Assembly (NCBI GenBank): GCA_027343725.1
Contig: DAHWKH010000148.1
Location: 1-36,296 of the forward strand
Length of the DNA stretch: 36,296 nt
Direction: 5' to 3'
Source: Acidiferrobacteraceae bacterium
Lineage (GTDB): Bacteria; Pseudomonadota; Gammaproteobacteria; Acidiferrobacterales; Acidiferrobacteraceae
Part shown: piece by piece, positions 1 to 9,027 of the stretch
Layout of the letters: each line of letters begins with the position of its first letter
Numbering within the stretch: position 1 is the stretch's first letter
The notes under the pieces: generated by a model
The model's input: the letters and a program-made list of their open reading frames with translations, nothing else
Database searches by the model: none
Told to the model about the DNA's origin: nothing
Translations under genes and position numbers: made by a program

Positions 1-126
1 CAGGCGGCCAAACGCAAGGCCCGCGGCTATGGCCGGTTCTCGACCATCCGCACCGTGATCTTCTTGATCGCCGGGAAGCTCGACTTCTCCAAGATCAATC
101 CACATATGGCGGGTCAACCCACATGA
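1..126 (+). CDS. ISL3-family transposase, C-terminal end (5' part outside window)
   Basis: Frame 1 reads QAAKRKARGYGRFSTIRTVIFLIAGKLDFSKINPHMAGQPT* (TGA 124-126). The KRxARGY...R..I.L..G pattern is the typical ISL3 transposase C-terminus. Confidence 0.85.
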   Translation, partial: QAAKRKARGYGRFSTIRTVIFLIAGKLDFSKINPHMAGQPT

Positions 127-140
127 AATTCGACAGAGCC
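1..140 (+). mobile_element. Right end of an ISL3-family insertion sequence
   Basis: The transposase stop is followed by ...AATTCGACAGAGCC ending at 140. Its reverse complement starts GGCTCTG, matching the GGCTC start of ISL3 terminal inverted repeats. Confidence 0.8.
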
Positions 141-170
141 ATGTTGGAAGAGTTGCAATTGGATTCCTCA

Positions 171-190
171 TTCACTCCAATTCACTCCAA
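171..190. repeat. 10-bp tandem duplication TTCACTCCAA x2
   Basis: Exact copies at 171-180 and 181-190. Confidence 0.8.
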
Positions 191-368
191 TTTATCCCCT
201 TTCCGACGCGGCTCGTCGGGCATCCATCCGAAGTCACCGACCCAGGACCCGTTCTTGAAATCGATACTCAACCAGCGGGGCGTGAAAACCTTCGCGCGGC
301 GGATGGCGAGGTCCCATGATGTCTGGGCTTCTCTCATCTCCAGAAGGGTACGGGTGGTCATAACCACG

Positions 369-412
369 TTGTGAAATACCCATATTGGGCAGTATACTAC
401 CCAATATGGGTA
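369..412 (+). promoter_or_regulatory. Sigma70-like promoter embedded in a 36-bp palindromic operator of the TA operon
   Basis: TTGTGA (369-374), 18 bp, TATACT (393-398). TACCCATATTGGG (377-389) and CCCAATATGGGTA (400-412) form a perfect 13-bp inverted repeat, and the right arm contains the ATG at 406. Confidence 0.7.
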
Positions 413-1065
413 CGACTCCCGCTCCAAAGAATTCCCGACCCGCTCGCCGGAAGGCGGCCAAGCGCGCGTCCACGCCCACGAGCTTGGCCGATGCCCTATT
501 CGCGAGCACCCGGCAGCGCGTGCTGGCGCTGCTGTTCGGGCAGTCCGGACGCAGCTTTTACGCCTCGGAATTGATCGAGCGGACCGGCTCGGGATCGGGT
601 GCCGTCCAGCGCGAACTCAAGCAGCTTGCATCCAGCGGTCTCGTGACGGTGAAGCGCATCGGCAACCAGAAGCACTACCAAGCAAACCGTGACTCGCCGA
701 TCTTCGAGGAACTGCGCGGTCTGGTGATCAAGACCGTGGCGCTCGCGGAGCCGATCGGTGCAGCGCTTGCGCCATGGGCGGACCGCATAGACCTCGCCCG
801 GGTGTACGGTTCCGTGGCAAAGGGCACGGACACCGCGACCAGCGACATCGACATCCTCATCGTCGCAGACTCGGTAACCCTCGAGGACATCTATTCGGCG
901 TTGGCCCCGGTAGAAGCCGAGTTGGACCGCAAGATCAGCCCCATGCTGTATACGCCGCAGGAGTTCGCGCATCGGAAGGCGTCCGGCAACCCGTTTCTCA
1001 ACCGCGTCCTGACCGACGCGCACTTGGTCTTGATAGACAAGGGTAATGGCTCACCCGCAGCTTGA
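406..1065 (+). CDS. Winged-HTH + minimal nucleotidyltransferase (MNT) antitoxin-like protein
   Basis: N-terminal wHTH (RQRVLALLF...SELIERTGSGSGAVQRELKQL) and C-terminal Pol-beta NTase motif YGSVAKG-x5-SDIDILIV. Start chosen at ATG 406. Confidence 0.85.
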   Translation: MGTTPAPKNSRPARRKAAKRASTPTSLADALFASTRQRVLALLFGQSGRSFYASELIERTGSGSGAVQRELKQLASSGLVTVKRIGNQKHYQANRDSPIFEELRGLVIKTVALAEPIGAALAPWADRIDLARVYGSVAKGTDTATSDIDILIVADSVTLEDIYSALAPVEAELDRKISPMLYTPQEFAHRKASGNPFLNRVLTDAHLVLIDKGNGSPAA

Positions 1066-1468
1066 TAACCTCGTGCGTATCGGCCAGCTCAAGGCCGAGC
1101 CGCCTTCGGAAACCGAATGCCGGGGGCTACTGCACTCAGCCCTGCGCCGCCTGGAAGACGCGGAACGGAACGAACTCAGTCTCGAAAGCCGCTTCGATCT
1201 GGCTTACAACGCCGCTCACGCGCTGGCCTTGGCAGCACTACGCTTTCGCGGTTACCGGTCGGAACACCGATATGTGGTATTCCAGTGCCTACAGCATACG
1301 ATCGACCTACCCCATGCTCAGTGGCGTGTACTCGATCAGGCGCACCGCAAACGCAATTTGGCCGAGTACGAAGGTGATATGGAGGTGGATGAGCAATTGG
1401 TCAGGGCTTTGTTGCGCGTCGCGAGGGACGTGGCGAACCACGTCGGCATGTTATTGAAGTCCGTGTAG
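1046..1468 (+). CDS. HEPN-domain protein (putative RNase toxin of an MNT-HEPN pair)
   Basis: 140-aa helical protein with AYNAAH...ALAAL and RKRNLAEY motifs. It overlaps the MNT gene by 20 bp, the canonical MNT-HEPN arrangement. Confidence 0.75.
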   Translation: MAHPQLDNLVRIGQLKAEPPSETECRGLLHSALRRLEDAERNELSLESRFDLAYNAAHALALAALRFRGYRSEHRYVVFQCLQHTIDLPHAQWRVLDQAHRKRNLAEYEGDMEVDEQLVRALLRVARDVANHVGMLLKSV

Positions 1469-1717
1469 GAGGTCGGATAGAAGCCTATGCCGCCATTGGC
1501 ATCGATTGAGGAAATTACAAAATTCCCGGGGACCACCCACGGCCGTCCACGGAGATCTCGTCCTTCTGTCCTGTTCACCGCTTCGATTCGGAAAAACCAC
1601 AGACAATACTCATCACCCTGGCCGGGTCGCCCCCTACGGCTTTGGTCCCGCTGAAATCGCGATACGAACCCCAGGAGAAAGGCGCTGCGGGACCGACCCA
1701 ACGGGCGGGACATCGTG

Positions 1718-2449
1718 TCACTCAACAGGCCTTTGTCGGTCTTGGGGAGGACGAGGTTTGGTCTCTTGTGCCAGCGTAAGACCGAAAACGCGCATGAAGC
1801 CCTGGCGGCCAGCGGGCGTCACACGCACCGCCCGGCTGTCGAGGTGACCTTCGATCCAGTGGAGCGCGAGGCACCGGCGGTAGATCGCCCGCCCCAGGGG
1901 GCCCGCGAGATGCGCCCGGCGCTCGCTCCAATCAATACACGTCCGTCCGTAGGGGTGGTGGCGTAGGGGTGCGACATCGAGACCCCAGCGCGCGAGGAGG
2001 TCAAGCCCGCTCTCGGTCACGCACGCGGTGTCCTCGCCGAGCGTGATGCGCCCGGCGTCGCGCAACGCATCGCAGAGCGCAACGCCCAAGCGCCCCGCGA
2101 GGTGGTTGTAACAGGTGCGGCCGGCTTGCAGGAGTGGATCGACGCGTGATGGACAGAGGGCCCCGGGGCGTGTACCGCTCGCAACGAGAAGGGTCGCTTC
2201 AAGCAGGGCCGCGACCTCCGAGGAGGCCACCCGAAAATACCGATGCCGGCCTTGGCGCACCGCCGTGACGAGGCCCGCGCGCTCGAGGAGCGCGAGGTGT
2301 CCGCTCGCGGTTTGCGCCGCAACGCCCGCGCAGGCGGCCAGTTCCCCGGCGGGCAGCGCGCGCCCATCGGCCAAGGCAAGCAGCATGTGGGCGCGCGCGG
2401 GCTCGCCTACCAGTCGCGCGATCTCCGCCATCGTGTAGGCATTCGACAT
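1718..2449 (-). CDS. ArsR/SmtB-family HTH transcriptional regulator
   Basis: IARLVGEPARAHMLLALADGRALPAGELA...TASGHL...RQGRHRYFR, with C-terminal RTCYNHLAG and CIDWSERRAHLAG. GGAGG RBS before ATG 2449. Confidence 0.85.
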   Translation of the reverse strand: MSNAYTMAEIARLVGEPARAHMLLALADGRALPAGELAACAGVAAQTASGHLALLERAGLVTAVRQGRHRYFRVASSEVAALLEATLLVASGTRPGALCPSRVDPLLQAGRTCYNHLAGRLGVALCDALRDAGRITLGEDTACVTESGLDLLARWGLDVAPLRHHPYGRTCIDWSERRAHLAGPLGRAIYRRCLALHWIEGHLDSRAVRVTPAGRQGFMRVFGLTLAQETKPRPPQDRQRPVE

Positions 2450-2667
2450 GGGTCCTCCCACAGGAATTCTGCCGCGTATATTCCACGCACGCTTCGCCTG
2501 CCACCGTATCATCGGCTTTCATTGCCGGCGAGGGTTCCCGGCGCAAGATGTCCGATCCGTGCTTGTGGTCATCGTTTCCGCTTGCCGGGTTTGCAAGGCC
2601 CTTGGGGCGCGGATGATCGGCCGGCGCCGCGCGTCCCTGGCCTTCGCGCGCGAGCGCTAGTGCGCTG

Positions 2668-3567
2668 TCAGCGTTTGCGATCGACGGCCAGTGACCCCTC
2701 GATACACGTGACCGCGAGCCCACCGACCCAGATGGTCCCGTCGGGGTCGTATTCGATGGCCACGCGGCCGCTGCGAGAAAGACAGGCACCTTGTGAGGCC
2801 GTGTAGTGCGAGGAGGCGAGCAGGCGGTGTTGGCGCACGAGGGCCGCGACACATCCATTCCCGCTGCCGCATACCGGGTCCTCGGGGACGCCGAGGCGCG
2901 GCGCGACCGAGCGGACCTCGAGCGCCTCCGTGGTCCCTGGCGGGTGGAGGCCGAAGACCGTGATGCCGTCGTAACGCGCGTCCGCGAGCGTCTCCATCAA
3001 CGCCGCGCGGGGCTTCAGGGTCAGCACCTTGCCGGCCGAGGCGAGTTGCACGGTGAACCAGACGGGACCGACATCGACAAGCGCGTGGACGCCGATCTCG
3101 TCCGGCCGAAGCCCCAGTGCGTTGGCCACCGCGAGCCGCTCGCTTTCGTCCGCCGCGAGGATCCGGGGATCCGGGAGGGCGCAGAAGAGGCGCTCTCCTG
3201 CTTGGCGCAGGGCAATGAGGCCTTTGCCGCACTCCTGGACCAGTCGCCCCGGGGTTTTCGGCCTGCGCCCGTCTTGCAAAAACGCCCACGCGCTCCCGAT
3301 CGTGGGGTGTCCCGCGAACGGGATTTCCTCGCCCGGTGTGAAGATCCGCAGCCGGTAGTCCGCCTCGTGGTGTCGCGGGGTGCAGAGAAAAGCCGTCTCC
3401 GAGAGGCGTGTCCAGGCCGCGATCTGTTGCATCTGCGTGCCGGTCAGCGCATCCCCCTCGAGGATCACGGCCACGGGATTGCCTTGGAAGGGTGTGCCGG
3501 TAAAGACATCCACCTGCCGGAAGGCGACGCGCGCGAGATCGCTGGTCGATCGCAAGCGACTCGTCAT
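2668..3567 (-). CDS. PhzF-family isomerase/epimerase
   Basis: Motifs QVDVFT...GNPVAV, LSETAF, EIPFAGHPT and EDPVCGSGN. ATGA overlap with the upstream ABC ATPase. Confidence 0.9.
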   Translation of the reverse strand: MTSRLRSTSDLARVAFRQVDVFTGTPFQGNPVAVILEGDALTGTQMQQIAAWTRLSETAFLCTPRHHEADYRLRIFTPGEEIPFAGHPTIGSAWAFLQDGRRPKTPGRLVQECGKGLIALRQAGERLFCALPDPRILAADESERLAVANALGLRPDEIGVHALVDVGPVWFTVQLASAGKVLTLKPRAALMETLADARYDGITVFGLHPPGTTEALEVRSVAPRLGVPEDPVCGSGNGCVAALVRQHRLLASSHYTASQGACLSRSGRVAIEYDPDGTIWVGGLAVTCIEGSLAVDRKR

Positions 3568-4519
3568 GGACCGGGCCCCCCGGGTGGCAGCGGATAATGA
3601 CAGGCGACCGCATGCGCCGGGCGCCCCGGCGTCAAGGGCGGTCTGTGCGTGTGACAGCGCGCTTGCGCGTATGGGCAGTGCGGCTGGTAGGCGCAGCCGC
3701 CGGGGCCGGCCCCCGCGGCTTTGTCGGGGCGCGCTGCGGCCACGGGGCCGTGCGCGCCGCGCACGAGCGGTGGTAGGGCCGCGAGGAGGGCTGCCGTGTA
3801 GGGGTGGCGGGGGCTTGTGATGAGGGCCTCGGTCGGCGCCGTCTCCACCAGGCGTCCGAGATACATGACCGCGATCCGGGCGGCGAGATAGGCGACCGAG
3901 CCGAGGTCGTGGCTGATGAGCAGGTAACTGAGCCCCGATCCCTCTTGCAGCGCACGCAAGAGGTTCAAGGTCCGCGCTTGCAGGGACACATCGAGCCCCG
4001 ATGTGGGCTCATCGAGGATCAGGAGCTCGGGCGCGGTCGCCATGGCGCGCGCGAGCGCCACCCGTTGGCGCTGGCCGCCCGAGATCTCGCGCGGGAAGCG
4101 GGTCATGAGGTCGCGCGGGAGGCCGACGCGCGCAAGGAGGGTTTCGGCCTCGTGCGCGCGGGCGCTACGCCCCATACCCCGCCAGCGCAAGGGCTCGGCG
4201 ACGATGGCCCCGACCCGCAGGCGCGGGTTCATGGCCCCTTCCGCGTCTTGAAAGACCATCTGCAGCCGCCCGCGCGCGCCGTCCTGCCCCTTGCCCGGTG
4301 TCACATCGACGCCGTCGAGGCGCACCTGCCCGCGGGTCGGCGGGATGAGTCCGACGAGGGCCCGCGCGAGCGTGCTCTTGCCCGAGCCCGACTCCCCGAC
4401 GAGCCCCAAGGTCTCACCGCGCGCCAGCGTGAAGTCGACATCAGACACCGCCGCAAGCGCGCGGCGTCCGCGCGCCTTGGGAAAATCCACCCCCAATCCC
4501 GTGACCTCGAGCCAGGGCC

Positions 4520-4523
<4 letters not shown>
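3564..4523 (-). CDS. Peptide/nickel ABC transporter ATP-binding protein (OppF/DppF-like)
   Basis: Walker A GESGSGKS, signature ISGGQRQR, Walker B LILDEPT, HPYT, and a Cys-rich C-terminal oligopeptide-ABC domain. Confidence 0.92.
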
Positions 4524-5487
<964 letters not shown>

Positions 5488-5491
<4 letters not shown>

Positions 5492-6345
5492 CGGTTTTCC
5501 AGGCGGGCGAGGAGCCCCTGGCCGAGAAGATTCATCGCGAGGATCGCTAAAAAGATCGCAAGCCCCGGGAACACGATGAGCCACCAGGGGCCGATGACCG
5601 CAAGCTGCGCGCCCGTGTTCAGAAGACCCCCCCAGGAGGGGTGGGGCGGCTGGATGCCGAGCCCCAAAAAGCTCAAGCCCGAGAGCGCGAGGATCAGGTC
5701 GGCGGTGAGGAAGGTGGCGTTCACCACCAGCATGGGCGCCATGGCCCGCAAGAGGTGCACGCGCGCGATCGCGAAGGGCCCGGCCCCGAAAAGCCGCGCC
5801 GCCTGCACGTAGTCGCGTTCGCGCGCGGCGAGTGCCTCGTTGCGCACGATGCGCGCAAGCCCCGGCCAGGCCACGAGCCCCAGGAGCCCGATGAGGCTCA
5901 CGACGCCGAGCGGGATCAAGGCCGCGACGAACATCATGAGCACGAGCCCCGGGACCGCGAGCAGGGCATCGAGGATGCGCATCAGGAGGCCCTCGAGCCA
6001 CGCCGGCGCGAGCGCCGCCAAGAGCCCGTAGGGGACCCCGATCGCAAACGCGAGCGCCGTGCCGGCAAGCCCCGCGGCGAGCGTCGGGCGCCCGCCCGCC
6101 ATGAGGCGCGCGAGCAGATCGCGCCCGAGGTCATCGGTGCCGAGCGGGAAGCGCGCCGAGGGCGGCGTCAGGATGTGGTGGACGTGGATCGCCTGCGCGC
6201 CGATCGGATAGATGATCGGCCCAAGCCACGCAAAGACGAGGAGCAGCACGAAGAGCCCCAGGCCCAAGCCGATCGCAAGCGTCGGGCGCGCTTGCGCGCT
6301 CGCGAACACCCCGCGCGTGCGCCCGAGCGGGATCACGCTACTCAT
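5488..6345 (-). CDS. Peptide ABC transporter permease (OppC/DppC-like)
   Basis: PLGTDDLGRDLLARL, EAA-loop YVQAARLFGA, LSFLGLGIQPP.PSWG, multiple TM segments. Confidence 0.92.
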
Positions 6346-7294
6346 AACGCACCGAGACATCGAGGGCGGTGTTGAGGAGGTCGGCCGCGAGATTCCCGAG
6401 GATCGTCAAGGCGCCGATCACGAGCACGATCGCCGTCACCACCGGATAGTCCTCGGCGAGCGCCGAGCGCCACAGGAGCCAGCCGAGGCCTGGATAATTG
6501 AACACGCTCTCGGTCAGAACCCCACCCACGAAGATCTGCGGGATGCTCATGCCTAGGACCGTGACGAGTGGGCGCACGGCGTTGCGCAACACGTGGAAGA
6601 CGGCGATGCGCAGGGGCGGGATGCCGCGTGCGCGCGCCGCGCGCACATAGTCCTGGCGATACTCCTGGCGGACCTGATGCCCGAAGTAGCGTGACAGCCC
6701 GGCCGCGAGCGGGAGCGCGAGCGTGATCGCCGGCAGCACCATGTGGCGCGCGAGATCGGCAAGGCCCGCGTGCCGGAAGCCCCCGGCCCCGCCGATGCCC
6801 CCCGGGGGCAGCCACGGGTGGTCGACGGCGAAGAGCAGGATGAGGGCCGTGCCCACGAAGAACACGGGCAGGGAGTAGACGGCGATCTGCAGGCCGCCGA
6901 TGAGGCGCGCACTCGGCGTTGCGGGGCGCGCGCCCTGCAGGAAGCCGATCACGAGCGCGGTACTCACGGCGAGCGTCAGGGCCAAGGTGTCGAGGAGCAC
7001 GGTGTTCCGCAAATAGCTCCCGAGCAGGGCCCCGACCGGCGCGTGCTCGACGAAGGAATAGCCGAGCCGCCCGTGCATGAGGTGCCACCACCACAGGAGA
7101 TACTGCCGCCACACCGGGACGTTGAGACCGAACTGGCGGTTGAGGGCCGCGACCGCCTCGGGGGAGGCGTGCGCGCCGAGGATGCTGTAAGCCGGCCCCC
7201 CGGGGGTCGCCATGATCAGGAAGAACACCAGGCTCACGAGCACGACCAGGGTGGCGACGGAACTCGCGAGACGCAGCGCGAGCCGGCGGATCAT
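6338..7294 (-). CDS. Peptide ABC transporter permease (OppB/DppB-like)
   Basis: FGLN.P...QY..W...L.HG.LGYSF, QDYVRAARARG, TESVFNYPGLG, DYPVV. ATGA overlap with the binding-protein gene. Confidence 0.92.
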   Translation of the reverse strand: MIRRLALRLASSVATLVVLVSLVFFLIMATPGGPAYSILGAHASPEAVAALNRQFGLNVPVWRQYLLWWWHLMHGRLGYSFVEHAPVGALLGSYLRNTVLLDTLALTLAVSTALVIGFLQGARPATPSARLIGGLQIAVYSLPVFFVGTALILLFAVDHPWLPPGGIGGAGGFRHAGLADLARHMVLPAITLALPLAAGLSRYFGHQVRQEYRQDYVRAARARGIPPLRIAVFHVLRNAVRPLVTVLGMSIPQIFVGGVLTESVFNYPGLGWLLWRSALAEDYPVVTAIVLVIGALTILGNLAADLLNTALDVSVRYE

Positions 7295-8931
7295 GGCCGC
7301 CTCCCGGTCTTTGCAAACCAAAGGGCCGCGGGATTGAAGCCGCCGAGCGGACTGAAGGCTTGATGGAGCCCGCGCAGCGTGCGCGCGACCTCGACGATGA
7401 TCGGTTGCTCGGGGAGCACGATCACCGGCTGCTCCTGCGTGAAGACATTCTGAAAGCGCGCGAGTGCTCGGTGCGCGCCCGGGGTCGTGATCGCCCGCAG
7501 GAGGCGGTCGAGTCGCGGGTTGCAATAATGGTAGTCATTGTTGGCCGCCCCACAGGCGAAGATGTTGCCGACACTCGGGTAAGGGCTCAAGCCCCAGGCG
7601 AGAAACACCGCCTGCCAGTGGGTATTGCGCGGGTTGCCGGTCGCGGCCACGATCTCGTTGAAGGGTTTTTCACGCAGGTGCATGTCGACGCCGATGCGCG
7701 CGAGCATGTCCTTGATGAGGATCGGGGCGCGCACATCGCCCGGGACCACATAGGCCGTGAAGGCCAAGCGCACCCCGTTTTTGCGGCGCACGGCGTGCCC
7801 GTCGCGGCGCCAGCCCGCGGCCTTCAGCAAACGCCGCGCACGCGCCGGGTCGTAGGCGCCGGTTACCTCGAGGCGGCGCGCCGTGCGCGACAAAAAGGTC
7901 GGCGGGTGCGGCGGGATCGGGCCGTAATCGCGCATCCCGTGGCCGCCTGCCAGCACCGTGATGAGCTCGTCTTGGTTGATTGCGTGCATGAAGGCCTGAC
8001 GCACGCGCGGGTCGCGGATGAAGGCGATGCGCGGATTGGCGTAATCGAAACCGAGGCTGTTGAAGCCCCAGACCGGTCCCACCGGGTAGGCCCGAAAGCC
8101 CCGCAGCGCCCGCCGGCCGCGGTAGAGCGCCATGGGCAGATTTCCCAATTGCAAACGGTGCGCGCGCAGCGCGAAGAACACCGACTCCGGGGATTTGAGG
8201 AAGCGGAAGACGAGGCGGCGGATGTGCGGCCGGTCGGGGCCCGAGTAGCGGCGATTGGCGGTGAACACCGCATAGCGTCCGGGGGCGAACGCCGTCAGGT
8301 GATAGGGCCCGTCGACCCTGCGGAAGAAGCGTAGGTCCGTCATATGGTCGTAGAGCGCCGGGATCGAGAATCGCGACCACGCGCGCGCGGGCAGCGGCAC
8401 GAGCAGCGACAGCCCGTTCAAGGTAAACCACCGGGGATTGACCGGGCGCTTGGTCGTGACGGTGAGTTCGTGGCGATTGACGATGCGCAGGGCGGTGACG
8501 TCGGTCGGCATGCCGCCCGCGCCGTAGTTGGGAAAGCGCGGCCCGAGCTGCTGAATGAGGTGATAGGTGAAGGCGACGTCGCGCGCCGTCACCGGCCGCC
8601 CGTCGGACCAGAGCCAATGGTGCTTGAGGACGATCGTGAAGCGGCGGTCGTGGTCTGTGACGCGCACGCTTTGGGCGATGCTCCAGGCGTAGCGGACGGT
8701 GAGGTGGCGGTCGATCCAGAGGAGCGGTTGGAACATGAGACCCGCGGCCTGCTGATCGTAGGCCGAGGACACGAGGAGCGGGTTGAAGCCGTTCAGGCCC
8801 GCGGGGGGCGCAAGCCCCACACCCGGGACGAGCGTCAGGGTGCCGTGAGCAGCGAGTGCCGCCGCGGCACGCAGCGCGCCGGCAATCCCGGCAAGACACG
8901 CCCCCCAGCGGCTGCGGTGTCTGTGGCTCAT
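7291..8931 (-). CDS. Peptide ABC transporter substrate-binding protein (family 5, OppA/DppA-like)
   Basis: Signal peptide, WSDGRPVTARDVAFT, GPY.L, D.RVRQAF.HAIN, YDPARARRLLKAAGW. Start chosen at ATG 8931. Confidence 0.88.
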   Translation of the reverse strand: MSHRHRSRWGACLAGIAGALRAAAALAAHGTLTLVPGVGLAPPAGLNGFNPLLVSSAYDQQAAGLMFQPLLWIDRHLTVRYAWSIAQSVRVTDHDRRFTIVLKHHWLWSDGRPVTARDVAFTYHLIQQLGPRFPNYGAGGMPTDVTALRIVNRHELTVTTKRPVNPRWFTLNGLSLLVPLPARAWSRFSIPALYDHMTDLRFFRRVDGPYHLTAFAPGRYAVFTANRRYSGPDRPHIRRLVFRFLKSPESVFFALRAHRLQLGNLPMALYRGRRALRGFRAYPVGPVWGFNSLGFDYANPRIAFIRDPRVRQAFMHAINQDELITVLAGGHGMRDYGPIPPHPPTFLSRTARRLEVTGAYDPARARRLLKAAGWRRDGHAVRRKNGVRLAFTAYVVPGDVRAPILIKDMLARIGVDMHLREKPFNEIVAATGNPRNTHWQAVFLAWGLSPYPSVGNIFACGAANNDYHYCNPRLDRLLRAITTPGAHRALARFQNVFTQEQPVIVLPEQPIIVEVARTLRGLHQAFSPLGGFNPAALWFAKTGRRP

Positions 8932-9027
8932 GTCGCAGTCCCCGTGTGAGTCGGTATTATGCGGCGCGCTGCGCGGTTTTCCTAGCGGACACAATCGCTT
9001 GGCGATCATCGCCCTTTGGGAGCGCGC

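Noticed and set aside
182-427. 81-aa minus-strand ORF between the IS and the TA operon
   Set aside because: No recognisable motif and it overlaps the TA promoter and operator; not supportable as a gene.
1487-1654. 55-aa ORF downstream of HEPN as a third TA gene
   Set aside because: SD spacing is poor and there is no motif.
2450-2667. Riboswitch or divergent gene remnant between PhzF and ArsR
   Set aside because: No recognisable riboswitch consensus or convincing ORF by eye.
2668-3567. Phenazine biosynthesis cluster
   Set aside because: Only a lone PhzF-family gene is present, with no phzA/B/D/E/G.
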